Shown here one piece after another: positions 19,665 through 28,961 of a stretch of 64,000 bases of DNA. Position 1 is the first letter of the stretch, and each line of letters starts with the position of its first letter. The stretch is from NCBI GenBank assembly GCA_965208125.1, contig OZ242320.1, positions 256,001-320,000 on the forward strand. Direction: 5' to 3'. This DNA comes from Candidatus Latescibacterota bacterium (GTDB lineage: Bacteria > Latescibacterota > UBA2968). The notes under the pieces are model-generated. The model did no database searches. It was given only the letters and a program-made list of their open reading frames with translations, and was not told the DNA's origin. Position numbers and translations under genes: made by a program.

Positions 19665-20057
19665 ATGATTGAAATAGCACAAGTGGTACTGGCGATTTAC
19701 GGCATATTGTTAATTGTGGGGGGCGTCGTAGGAAAGATGAAATCCGGGAGTTCTGCCTCCTTATTCGCAGGCGCAATCTGCGGTATTGCTGCACTCGTTG
19801 GATACTGGCAAAGCCTGAGCGATCCCGCCGTCGGATTTTTGACTGGCGGATTGGTCGGATTATTGCTCACCGGCATTTTTATGAGCCGATTTGTCCGCAC
19901 ACGAAAATTTATGCCCGCGGGATTGGTACTCCTGCTCAGTCTTCTGGTGGGTATTTTGACAATGATGGCGAGACAGGAATACCTGCTCAATCAAGATAAA
20001 CCAGTGGAAGAACTGACAAAAAAGGGCCAGGAACAATGTCCCTGGCCCAACGTCTGA
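19665..20057 (+). CDS. TMEM14-family small membrane protein
   Basis: YGILLIVGGVVG..GSSASL..RFVRTRKFMPAG; four hydrophobic segments; ATG 19665 after GAGG. Confidence 0.85.
   Translation: MIEIAQVVLAIYGILLIVGGVVGKMKSGSSASLFAGAICGIAALVGYWQSLSDPAVGFLTGGLVGLLLTGIFMSRFVRTRKFMPAGLVLLLSLLVGILTMMARQEYLLNQDKPVEELTKKGQEQCPWPNV
20017..20048 (-). terminator. Minus-strand intrinsic terminator overlapping the TMEM14 3' end
   Basis: On the minus strand GGGCCAGGGAC-ATT-GTTCCTGGCCC followed by TTTTTT. Confidence 0.7.
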
Positions 20058-20274
20058 AGGGTCACAGCCTGAAAATCAGGCGTTCACCTCCGAGTTAAAA
20101 TGTTTCACATTAACCTCCTTTCGATATGCGCAACTCCGCTTCCGGAAGGCGTTTTGCGCGGTGAATGCCAATATATTAGCAAACCGTACCAACCTGTTGG
20201 CCCGGTCACATAAACACCGGAATGGATGCAGTTTTTCAGAAACGCAGTGTACTTTTATCGCGTCTTTTCCAACC

Positions 20275-20309
20275 AAAAACGCCTGAGCTATAATGCCCAG
20301 GCGTTTTTT
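20275..20309 (-). terminator. Terminator of the sigma-4 gene (bidirectional shape)
   Basis: AAAAACGCCTG..CAGGCGTTTTTT; near-copy at 25479-25514. Confidence 0.75.
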
Positions 20310-20682
20310 AATTTGTAATGGCAATGCCGTGTTTGCGGCAGAGTTTGCGAAGTTTTTTCACAGCACCGCCTATGGATTTTCCGTTTCTCGTAATGCCGAA
20401 CAAGTGCTGGCTGACCACCCTGCGCGAAATACCCATAATCTCGGAGATTTCCCGCTGGGTTTTGCCGTATTTGAAATACAAAACAGCAGCTTCAAATTGT
20501 CTTTGCGTAAGCGATTGATTTAAGAGCGTATCGATCTGTGGGATGAGACGCCCAACCCGATCTTCATATTTATAGCGCAAATTCTGGTCTTCGGGCGACT
20601 CGTACCACAGGCCAACGTCATCCGGCATCATTTCCAGGTCTGATTGATCTAATTGAACTTCCCAAAAATCAGGATTGTACAT
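20308..20682 (-). CDS. Sigma-70 region-4-only helix-turn-helix protein
   Basis: LTQRQFEAAVLYF..GKTQREISEIMGISRRVVSQHL; ATG 20682 after GGAGGAG; no region 2 recognisable. Confidence 0.8.
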   Translation of the reverse strand: MYNPDFWEVQLDQSDLEMMPDDVGLWYESPEDQNLRYKYEDRVGRLIPQIDTLLNQSLTQRQFEAAVLYFKYGKTQREISEIMGISRRVVSQHLFGITRNGKSIGGAVKKLRKLCRKHGIAITN

Positions 20683-20988
20683 ATGTCCGTTCGTCTCCTC
20701 CAGGGAATGAATATGTCGGGCGAAAAACCACCACACATACCAGACCCGCGGCTCCGGAGGGACGATAAAACTGCGACGGACAGATAGTGAATGACCGAAG
20801 CAGCTACCTCACCGGAGGCGAACCGGGTATGTTATTTGTCGTAAATGCGAAAATTAAAGCCTCCATGTTGCCTCCTTTCAAATAGACATACATAAACGAT
20901 CACCCGCAACACTACGGGAATCTCACTGCATTGTCAAGACATACCTCTTCGCCCTTACACCGGCATGGATGCACTTTTGGGCGCTCTA

Positions 20989-22320
20989 TCAAAAAGATTT
21001 TTTCTTTCTCAATTCATCCCACCAATCCATAAGCGCGCGAATGTGTTTTTCATAGCCGCGATCTGTGGGTTGATAATAGATACGATCTTTCAAATTATCG
21101 GGAAAATACACCTGATCAATATAGCCATCCGGATCATCATGAGCATATTGATACCCTTTGCCGTAATCGAGATCTTTCATAAGCTTTGTCGGCGCATTGC
21201 GAATATGCAGGGGCACGGGCAGATTGGGATGTTTCTCCACATCGGAAAGCGCGTTATTATACGCGGCATAAACGGCATTGCTCTTAGGGGCTGTAGCGAG
21301 ATAAACCGTCGCCTGAGCAATGGCCAAATCGCCCTCGGGACTGCCCAGAAAATCGTACGCCTCGCGGGCATTGAGCGCAACTTGCAAAGCGCGCGGATCG
21401 GCAGTACCCACATCTTCAGAAGCAAAGCGAATCATACGCCTCAAAATATAATGCGGGTGCTCCCCCGACGCCATCATACGCGCGAGCCAATACAGTGAAG
21501 CATGTGGATCGCTGCCGCGGAGACTCTTGTGAAAAGCCGAAATGATATTGTAGTGCTCTTCCCCTGTCTTATCGTAAAGATGAGCCTTGCGACCGAGAAT
21601 TTCCCGCACCATTTCGGGCGTAGGATCGCAACCCGTAGCCTCAACAGCCGCAGCAACCGTTTCGAGCGCGTTGAGAGACCGGCGTGCATCTCCTTCTGCG
21701 GTCTCTGCAATGAGATCCAAAGCCTGGTCATCAATCTGCAAATCGGGAAACCCGTGTTCCGAATCGGCAATTGCGCGATCCAGCACCTGGCGAATATGGG
21801 ACGTATCGAGCAAATTGAGCACAAAAACGCGCGTGCGTGAAAGCAGGGCTGAATTGACCTCAAAAGAGGGATTCTCAGTAGTAGCACCAATAAGCGTAAT
21901 AACACCATTTTCCACATGGGGCAAAAAAGCATCTTGCTGCGCCTTGTTAAAACGGTGAATCTCATCCACAAAAAAGATGGTACGCCTGCCCAAACGCCGC
22001 TCTTCTCGCGCCCGCGCAATAATCTCTCGCGCCTCTTTGATCCCCGCAGTAACCGCGCTAAAAGACACAAACCGACTCTGTGTCGTACCCGCAATAACCC
22101 GAGCCAGCGTTGTCTTGCCCGAACCCGGTGGACCCCAGAAAATCATGGACGGCAAGCGGTCGCTCTCGATAAGCACGCGAAGGGGCGCACCCGGCCCAAC
22201 GAGGTGATCCTGCCCCACAATATCGTCCAGCACCTGGGGACGCAGGCGTTCGGCCAGAGGCGCGTCTTCCATCTCCTGCTCTGCTTGCGACACGGGTTTT
22301 AAAAAAAGGTCTTCATTCAT
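20989..22320 (-). CDS. rarA: Replication-associated recombination protein A (RarA/MgsA)
   Basis: PLAERLRP, WGPPGSGKTT, FVDEIHRFNKAQQD, GATTENPSF, SAFHKSLRGSD, ASEDVG. Confidence 0.96.
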   Translation of the reverse strand: MNEDLFLKPVSQAEQEMEDAPLAERLRPQVLDDIVGQDHLVGPGAPLRVLIESDRLPSMIFWGPPGSGKTTLARVIAGTTQSRFVSFSAVTAGIKEAREIIARAREERRLGRRTIFFVDEIHRFNKAQQDAFLPHVENGVITLIGATTENPSFEVNSALLSRTRVFVLNLLDTSHIRQVLDRAIADSEHGFPDLQIDDQALDLIAETAEGDARRSLNALETVAAAVEATGCDPTPEMVREILGRKAHLYDKTGEEHYNIISAFHKSLRGSDPHASLYWLARMMASGEHPHYILRRMIRFASEDVGTADPRALQVALNAREAYDFLGSPEGDLAIAQATVYLATAPKSNAVYAAYNNALSDVEKHPNLPVPLHIRNAPTKLMKDLDYGKGYQYAHDDPDGYIDQVYFPDNLKDRIYYQPTDRGYEKHIRALMDWWDELRKKKSF

Positions 22321-22324
22321 TGGT

Positions 22325-22373
22325 CATTAGCTTTCAGCAGTCAGCAATCAGCCCCAGTCTCCAGTCTCCAGCC
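22325..22373. repeat. Degenerate 7-bp tandem repeats
   Basis: cattagc tttcagc agtcagc aatcagc cccagtc tccagtc tccagcc upstream of rarA. Confidence 0.6.
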
Positions 22374-22575
22374 CCGCCCTTCGTCAAAATATACTCAGAT
22401 TCCCATACTTTCGCCAATACTGGCAAAAGTGCTTGCATACTAATGTGAAATTTCTACTTGTATAAAAGCGCGATCTTTATAAAATTATGCATTTGGACAT
22501 ACGTCAATCTGCTTATGCCAGTTGTTTCTATATTTTTTCGCAAACGTTTGTTTTTAACTTATTTGGAGGAAATCA

Positions 22576-25320
22576 ATGATTGATCAGGACCAATATTGCC
22601 AATTTTGTCTCTCCACGCTCAGTATCGCCAGTTTTCTGAGCCTTCTGCTCTTGATTTCTCCCTTGTCCCTTTTTTCGCAGGATAGTAACCCGCCTTCTTC
22701 GGACGCCACGTTGAGCGCCCTTTCTCTCAGCAACGTCAACTTCCGCACGTTTGCTCCGGGAACCACTCAATACACTACGAATGTGATGGGAGTGACGGAG
22801 ACAACCGTTTCACCGACGGTCAATCATTCAAGTGCCAGTTACGTGATCGAACTGAACGGCGCAGTCGATTCAGATGGGGTCATCCCTCTTGCCGTAGGGA
22901 GCAACGTCATCACTGTCGAAGTCACTGCCGAGGATGAGGAGTCCAAGCAGACCTATACCGTAACCGTCACCCGCGTCCTCTCCACCAATGCCAGCCTCCG
23001 CAACCTGAGCCTGAGCAGCGTCGACTTCGGCACTTTCATCTGGTACACCACCCAATATAGCGCACGAGTCTCCAACGTCGTGACACAGACTACGGTTACG
23101 CCTACGTTACTCCACTCTGTGGCGAGCTACGTAATAAAACTGAACGGCGCGGTCGATTCTGATGGGGTAATCCCACTTGCAGTGGGAAGCAACGTCATCA
23201 CCGTAGAGGTCACCGCCGAAGACGGGAGCACGACGCGGACCTACACGGTCACAGTCATACGAGAAGTAGTGACAGGCGAACTGGCCACCGACGATCCGCC
23301 GGTGAACTTCCGTGTCACAGGCTTCTCCGACACCTCGGCCGGCGTGGCATGGAAAGTGCCTCGAAATCGAGGCATCACAAACTATGTGTTGGAGAGATAT
23401 GACCACAACGGCACTGAGTTTGTATGGAGTGATGAAATCAGTGACACGACCAGCGGCGGGGCTAGTTGGGCCTGGTCCGCTATCAAATTGACACCAGATA
23501 CACAATACAAGTACGTGCTTTACCTCAGAGATGATCAGAACACCACCGTGATAGAGGCGACCGTTACGGTACGCACTCTGAAAACAGGGGGCAGTAGCAC
23601 GGTCTCGAACGACGCTACGTTGAGCGGTCTAACCCTGAGCGGCATCGACTTTGGATCGTTCAGGTCCAGTTCCACATATTACACGGCCACCGCCGGCCAC
23701 AGCGTGACGCAGACGACGGTAACGGCATCGACGAACCATTCGGGGGCGAGCTATGAGGTTCAGCTTGGCGGTGCGGTTGACGACGACGGGGTGATCCCTC
23801 TTGCGGTGGGAAGCAACAGGATTGGCGTGAAGGTGACTGCGGAGGACGGCGTTACGACCAAGATTTACACCATCATCGCCACTCGCGAGGGACAGTCTTC
23901 GCGCGAGGGACAGTCTTCGAAGGACGCCACGTTGAGTGCCCTTTCTCTCAGCAACGTCAACTTCCGCACGTTTGCTCCGGGAACCACTCAATACACTACG
24001 AGTGTGATGGGCGTGACGGAGACAACCGTTTCACCGACGGTCAATCATTCAAGTGCCAGTTACGTGATCGAACTGAACGGCGCAGTCGATTCAGATGGGG
24101 TCATCCCTCTTGCCGTAGGGAGCAACGTCATCACTGTCGAAGTCACTGCCGAGGATGAGGAGTCCAAGCAGACCTATACCGTAACCGTCACCCGCGTCCT
24201 CTCCACCAATGCCAGCCTCCGCCTCTTGAGCCTGAGCGGCATCGACTTCGGCACTTTCATCTGGTACACCACCCAATATAGCGCACGAGTTTCCAATGCC
24301 GTAACGCAGACTACGGTTACTCCAACGTTACTCCACTCTGTGGCAAGCTACGCAATAAAACTGAACGGCGCAGTCGATTCAGATGGGGTTATCTCTCTTG
24401 CCGTAGGAAGCAACGCCATCACCGTAGAGGTCACCGCCGAAGACGGGAGCACGACACGGACCTACACGGTCACAGTCATACGAGAAGTAGTGACAGGCGA
24501 ACTGGCCACCGACGATCCGCCGGTGAACTTCCGTGTCACAGGCTTCTCCGACACCTCGGCCGGCGTGGCATGGGAAGTGCCTCGCAACCGGAGCATCACC
24601 AACTATGTGTTGGAGAGATATGACCACAACGGCACTGAGTTTGTATGGAGTGATGAAACCAGTGACACGACCAGCGGCGGGGCTAGTTGGGCCAATTCCG
24701 CTATCAAATTGACACCAGATACACAATACAAGTACGTGCTTTACCTCCGAGATGATCAGAACACCATCGTGATAGAGAAGACCGTTACGGTACGCACGCT
24801 GACAACAGGGGGCAGTAGTACGGTCTCGAACGACGCTACGTTGAGCGGTCTAACCCTGAGCGGCATCGACTTTGGATCGTTCAGGTCCAGTTCCACATAT
24901 TACACGGCCACGGCCAGCCACAGCGTGACGCAGACGACGGTAACGGCATCGACGAACCATTCGGGGGCGAGCTATGAGGTTCAGCTTGGCGGCGCGGTTG
25001 ACGACGACGGAGTTATCCCGCTTGCGGTGGGAAGCAACAGGATCGGCGTGAAGGTGACTGCGGAGGACGGGGTCACGACTAAGATTTACACTGTCATCGT
25101 CACCAGGGCCCTTTCCAATTTTTCACAGGACAGTAGTCCGTCTGCTTCGGATTTTAATGGCGATGGGATCGTCGATGAATTGGACTTAAGACTTCTTATC
25201 TCCAATTGGGGAACGCGAGCAGGTGGACCAAATTGGGATGCGAAGTTCGATCTAAACAGTGATAGGATCGTCAATGAATTGGACTTAAGACTTCTTATCT
25301 CCAATTGGGGCAAGGGGTGA
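22576..25320 (+). CDS. Secreted protein with cadherin-like beta-sandwich repeats, FN3-like domains and a C-terminal dockerin-like EF-hand pair
   Basis: Signal-like hydrophobic N-terminus; six DATL/NASL..GSNVITVEVTAEDG..YTVTVTR modules; two DPPVNFRVTG..LTPDTQY FN3-like modules; DFNGDGIVDELD..DLNSDRIVNELD tail. Confidence 0.85.
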   Translation: MIDQDQYCQFCLSTLSIASFLSLLLLISPLSLFSQDSNPPSSDATLSALSLSNVNFRTFAPGTTQYTTNVMGVTETTVSPTVNHSSASYVIELNGAVDSDGVIPLAVGSNVITVEVTAEDEESKQTYTVTVTRVLSTNASLRNLSLSSVDFGTFIWYTTQYSARVSNVVTQTTVTPTLLHSVASYVIKLNGAVDSDGVIPLAVGSNVITVEVTAEDGSTTRTYTVTVIREVVTGELATDDPPVNFRVTGFSDTSAGVAWKVPRNRGITNYVLERYDHNGTEFVWSDEISDTTSGGASWAWSAIKLTPDTQYKYVLYLRDDQNTTVIEATVTVRTLKTGGSSTVSNDATLSGLTLSGIDFGSFRSSSTYYTATAGHSVTQTTVTASTNHSGASYEVQLGGAVDDDGVIPLAVGSNRIGVKVTAEDGVTTKIYTIIATREGQSSREGQSSKDATLSALSLSNVNFRTFAPGTTQYTTSVMGVTETTVSPTVNHSSASYVIELNGAVDSDGVIPLAVGSNVITVEVTAEDEESKQTYTVTVTRVLSTNASLRLLSLSGIDFGTFIWYTTQYSARVSNAVTQTTVTPTLLHSVASYAIKLNGAVDSDGVISLAVGSNAITVEVTAEDGSTTRTYTVTVIREVVTGELATDDPPVNFRVTGFSDTSAGVAWEVPRNRSITNYVLERYDHNGTEFVWSDETSDTTSGGASWANSAIKLTPDTQYKYVLYLRDDQNTIVIEKTVTVRTLTTGGSSTVSNDATLSGLTLSGIDFGSFRSSSTYYTATASHSVTQTTVTASTNHSGASYEVQLGGAVDDDGVIPLAVGSNRIGVKVTAEDGVTTKIYTVIVTRALSNFSQDSSPSASDFNGDGIVDELDLRLLISNWGTRAGGPNWDAKFDLNSDRIVNELDLRLLISNWGKG
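22701..25101 (+). repeat. Intragenic tandem duplication with 1221-bp period and an 18-bp junction repeat
   Basis: Unit starts at 22701 and 23922 (GGACGCCACGTTGAG), near-identical; CGCGAGGGACAGTCTTCG occurs twice at 23884-23919. Confidence 0.92.
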
Positions 25321-25460
25321 TGAGAAGTATGATGCGAAATACGATCTGGACGGTACAGGCCGTGTCCAACCCCTGACCAACACAGAGTTGGCGCCCAACC
25401 ATCGACTCGGTGACGCCGGGTGGCGGCTCTTTTACCGTTGCCTGGACCGCTCCCGCAAAC
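25316..25460 (+). pseudogene. Relic fragments of a dockerin-like module and an FN3 module
   Basis: 25316-25354 reads GDEKYDAKYDLDG; 25395-25460 reads PTIDSVTPGGGSFTVAWTAPAN; different frames, no start codon. Confidence 0.6.
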
Positions 25461-25478
25461 TATCTAATATCAGTTAAA

Positions 25479-25605
25479 AAAAACGCCTGAGCTATAACAC
25501 TCAGGCGTTTTTTTGTTGTGACGGCAATACCGTGTTTGCGGCAGAGTTTGCGAAGTTTTTTCACAGCACCGTCCACGGATTCGTCAATACTGGCAAAAGT
25601 GCTTG
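25479..25605. repeat. Chimeric duplicated segment: copy of 20275-20378 fused to a copy of 22410-22435
   Basis: About 42-bp exact core CCGTGTTTGCGGCAGAGTTTGCGAAGTTTTTTCACAGCACCG plus the terminator; TTCG(C/T)CAATACTGGCAAAAGTGCTTG is 25/26 identical. Confidence 0.9.
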
Positions 25606-25667
25606 TGAACGCATCTATATTCGCTATTTTGAAGCCTATTCTCCCATCCCAATCATGAAAGGATCTT

Positions 25668-27857
25668 ATGATAGAAAAACACGACATGACAGAGGAACAA
25701 ATTCGCAGATATTACGGCTGGGCAGAAATCGACCCAGACCGGGCGATTATAGCCGGTGAAACGGGCACATGGCGCATTGTATATCACGTGGGCAAATACG
25801 GAATAGACGATGGCGGCGTAATCAAAATCGCCTGGCGCGACGTAAGCGACTGGCAGCGACCGCAGTTTGACGACCCCTCTGCGCCTGCTTATGCATCGGT
25901 CTCGACCACGGGACCGGCGACCTTAAAAGCTGTATTCGACAGACAGCGCTATATTCGACCGTGGCGATATTGCGTGACCATCGATGTATTCGACGACTCG
26001 CTGTCCGAAGGCGACATCGTCACACTAATATTGGGTGATACATCCGGCGGAAGTGCGGGCAGCCGTGCCCAAACCTTTTGCAAAGATGCATTTGAATTTC
26101 GGGTATCGGTTGACTGGTGCGGCACATGGGTATATACAGAAGTACCATCCCCCAAAGTACCAATTGCGAGCGGTGCGCCCAATAAACTCATCGTACTGGG
26201 ACCTTCTGAAATAACACCGGGAGAAACCACCTGGATCGGAATAAAAGCCGAAGATGTGTGGGGCAATCCATGCGCGGAATACAGAAGCACAATAAAAATC
26301 GACGCAGATGGCCTGAACGGATTACCCAAAACACTTGTATTTCAACCAGAGTACCGCGGTGTCAGGCGATTTGAAAATGTGACAGCCCCTGCAACAGGCA
26401 TTTATCGCGTAAGAGCCGGGGACGAAAACAATGGCTTTGAAGCAGAGTGCAATCCACTAATATGCATTGAAACGCGCAAAGACGCGCAACCCTTTTGGGG
26501 GGATCTACACGGACAAAGCGAAGAAACAGTGGGAACCAATCCCGTATCGTCATACTTTCGCTTTGCGCGAGAAAAGGCGTGGATGGATTTTGCGGGACAT
26601 CAGGGAAATGACTTTCAAATTACAGAAGCAATCTGGAATGAAATCAAACACCAGGCCAACACACAAAATACTGCGGGCAAATTCGTCGCCTTTGTCGGTT
26701 GGGAATGGTCGGGCAACACGCCTTCGGGCGGCGATCACAACGTCTATTATCCCGGCGACGATGGACCATTACACCGCTCCAGCCATGTCCTCATCGAAGA
26801 CAAATCAGATATAGAAACAGATTGCCAGCACATAACCGACCTCTACGGCGCACTCAGGGGAAAAGACGCGCTACTAATCCCCCATGTGGGCGGGCGCTAT
26901 GCCAACCTGACCTGGCACGATCCAAACCTGGAAACCGTAATCGAGGTTTTATCCGAATGGGGCGAATTTGAATGGTTCTTAAAAGAAGCCCTTGAAAAAG
27001 GCTATCGCATCGGATTCACCTGTGGCAGTGACGACCACAAAGGCCGCCCGGGCGCCGCGCATCCGGGCAGTGGCGCATTCGGCATTTACGGTGGCATCAC
27101 CTGCGTATATGCAAAAGAATTGACGCGAGAAAGCATCTGGGAAGCGATAAAAACAAGGCGATGTTACGGCACCAGTGGACAGCGCACCCTCGTAGATGTC
27201 ACCGTAGGCGGACAGCCCATGGGATCGGACCTCGCAACGAACACACCACCAGAAATCGCCGTCAGTGTTTGGGGCACAGCGTCAATAGAAAAAGTGGATA
27301 TCTTCAGAGGCACGGAAATCATCTACACACATCCCCAAACCATTCCCCGACAACAAACAGACATACGCATTGCGTGGTCCGGACAGCGCATCCGGGCGCG
27401 CAACCGACTCGTGCGCTGGGATGGCGAAGTAACAATAGACAAAGGGCGAATCACAGACGCCAGAGGCTTTGCCTTTGACTCGGCATCCGAAGGTATTCAA
27501 TCTGTCAGCGACCAATCAGTAACCTGGACATCGGTAACAACCGGCGATGCAGACGGCATCATATTAACCCTGGACGCCCCGCCCGATGCAACAATCAAAT
27601 TTGGAACACCCGTCTTGTCGCAAGCGTTAAAACTAACAGAAATCGCACAAGGACCAGTTGTAATCAACGCCGGTGGAATTGATATGCAGGTCGTATTTGA
27701 ACAAATGCCCACAGGCATTGGACGTGACATCGAATTTACGCATACCGAAAACCAGTTACATCCCGGCTGTCATCCCTATTGGGTGCGCGTAACGCAAATT
27801 GATGGCGGAAAAGCGTGGGTAAGTCCGGTGTATGTGAAGTGTGAAAAGGAGATATAA
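25668..27857 (+). CDS. DUF3604-family (PHP-like metallohydrolase) protein
   Basis: FWGDLHGQS, GWEWSG..GGDHN, IPHVGG, GSDDHKGRPG, RRCYGTSG, WVSPV. Confidence 0.8.
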   Translation: MIEKHDMTEEQIRRYYGWAEIDPDRAIIAGETGTWRIVYHVGKYGIDDGGVIKIAWRDVSDWQRPQFDDPSAPAYASVSTTGPATLKAVFDRQRYIRPWRYCVTIDVFDDSLSEGDIVTLILGDTSGGSAGSRAQTFCKDAFEFRVSVDWCGTWVYTEVPSPKVPIASGAPNKLIVLGPSEITPGETTWIGIKAEDVWGNPCAEYRSTIKIDADGLNGLPKTLVFQPEYRGVRRFENVTAPATGIYRVRAGDENNGFEAECNPLICIETRKDAQPFWGDLHGQSEETVGTNPVSSYFRFAREKAWMDFAGHQGNDFQITEAIWNEIKHQANTQNTAGKFVAFVGWEWSGNTPSGGDHNVYYPGDDGPLHRSSHVLIEDKSDIETDCQHITDLYGALRGKDALLIPHVGGRYANLTWHDPNLETVIEVLSEWGEFEWFLKEALEKGYRIGFTCGSDDHKGRPGAAHPGSGAFGIYGGITCVYAKELTRESIWEAIKTRRCYGTSGQRTLVDVTVGGQPMGSDLATNTPPEIAVSVWGTASIEKVDIFRGTEIIYTHPQTIPRQQTDIRIAWSGQRIRARNRLVRWDGEVTIDKGRITDARGFAFDSASEGIQSVSDQSVTWTSVTTGDADGIILTLDAPPDATIKFGTPVLSQALKLTEIAQGPVVINAGGIDMQVVFEQMPTGIGRDIEFTHTENQLHPGCHPYWVRVTQIDGGKAWVSPVYVKCEKEI

Positions 27858-28829
27858 ATGAACGAATATGCAGTCACATTCACCGAACGCGAAACCGCAA
27901 AATTGCTACCCGTTGAAATCGATACAGACGCGATCGGTGCAAACGAAGTCGCGGGTCATACCCTTGCAACCCTCATCAGCGCGGGCACGGAATTGAACAG
28001 CGGGTATCTCGGCGACAATTTTCCCAGACAGTCGGGATACGCCGCGGCATTCAAAGTTGAAAAAGTGGGGAAAAATGTCGCGGGCATTTCACCGGGCGAC
28101 CTCGTCTTCTGCCCGGGCAATCACGCCTCCTATCAGCGAAAACCAGCCTCGCAGGTGATTCGCCTGCCCGACAACCTCACGCCAGAAACAGCTGTATTTG
28201 CCCGCATGATGGGTGTCTCAATGACCACTCTCACAACCACCTCGGCGCGGCCACCCGCCAAAATTCTCATCACTGGACTCGGACTCGTTGGCCATCTCGC
28301 AGCCAAAAATTTTCAAGCCTGCGGATACGAAGTCTATGCCTGTGACCCGGTCGCATCGCGGCGGCAAATTGCCTCAGAAACGGGGATTCACAATGTGCTG
28401 GATGCCGTGCCATCAGAAAATACCGACCTATCGGGCCAATTCCAACTCGCCATCGAATGCTCGGGACACGAACAAGCCCTGCTCGATGCAGCAGGCGCCG
28501 TGAGAAAACGCGCCGAAGTCGTTTGCATTGCCTCCCCCTGGCGTCGATACACGGACCTGCTCATACACGACTTGCACCGCCTCATCTTCTTTAACTATGT
28601 CACCATTCGCAGCGGCTGGGAATGGGAACTGCCGCGCCAGCCAGAAGACTTTCGCACCAACAGCGTCTTTGAAAACTTTGCCGGTGCCCTCAAATGGTTG
28701 GCTGAGGGCCGCGTCAACGTCGATGGCATCTACACAAAGTACGATCCCGAAAGGTGCCAGCAAGCATACCGTGACCTTTTGCACAAAAAAACCGAACGCC
28801 TCGCAGTCGTCTTCGACTGGACGACTTGA
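27858..28829 (+). CDS. MDR-superfamily (zinc-binding-like) dehydrogenase
   Basis: LISAGTE, GLGLVG Rossmann motif, AIECSG. Confidence 0.85.
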   Translation: MNEYAVTFTERETAKLLPVEIDTDAIGANEVAGHTLATLISAGTELNSGYLGDNFPRQSGYAAAFKVEKVGKNVAGISPGDLVFCPGNHASYQRKPASQVIRLPDNLTPETAVFARMMGVSMTTLTTTSARPPAKILITGLGLVGHLAAKNFQACGYEVYACDPVASRRQIASETGIHNVLDAVPSENTDLSGQFQLAIECSGHEQALLDAAGAVRKRAEVVCIASPWRRYTDLLIHDLHRLIFFNYVTIRSGWEWELPRQPEDFRTNSVFENFAGALKWLAEGRVNVDGIYTKYDPERCQQAYRDLLHKKTERLAVVFDWTT

Positions 28830-28961
28830 GATCCGCAGTTAGACACAACCTTAAAAATAAGGAGATGACAACCGAATAAACTCCGAGTTTGTGTTTCACA
28901 GTTTCACTCTTAGAGCCGGGGAACCATAAAAGCCGGGGGAACTCTTATAAGGAGGGTTGTC

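Noticed and set aside
20161-20200. Sigma-54 promoter (TGGTAC..TTGCT) for the small minus-strand transcript
   Set aside because: GG-to-GC spacing is 8 nt rather than the required 10.
22701-25101. Near-identical repeats as a DGR template/variable pair
   Set aside because: Both copies are in-frame parts of one ORF, the differences are not confined to adenines, and no reverse transcriptase is present.
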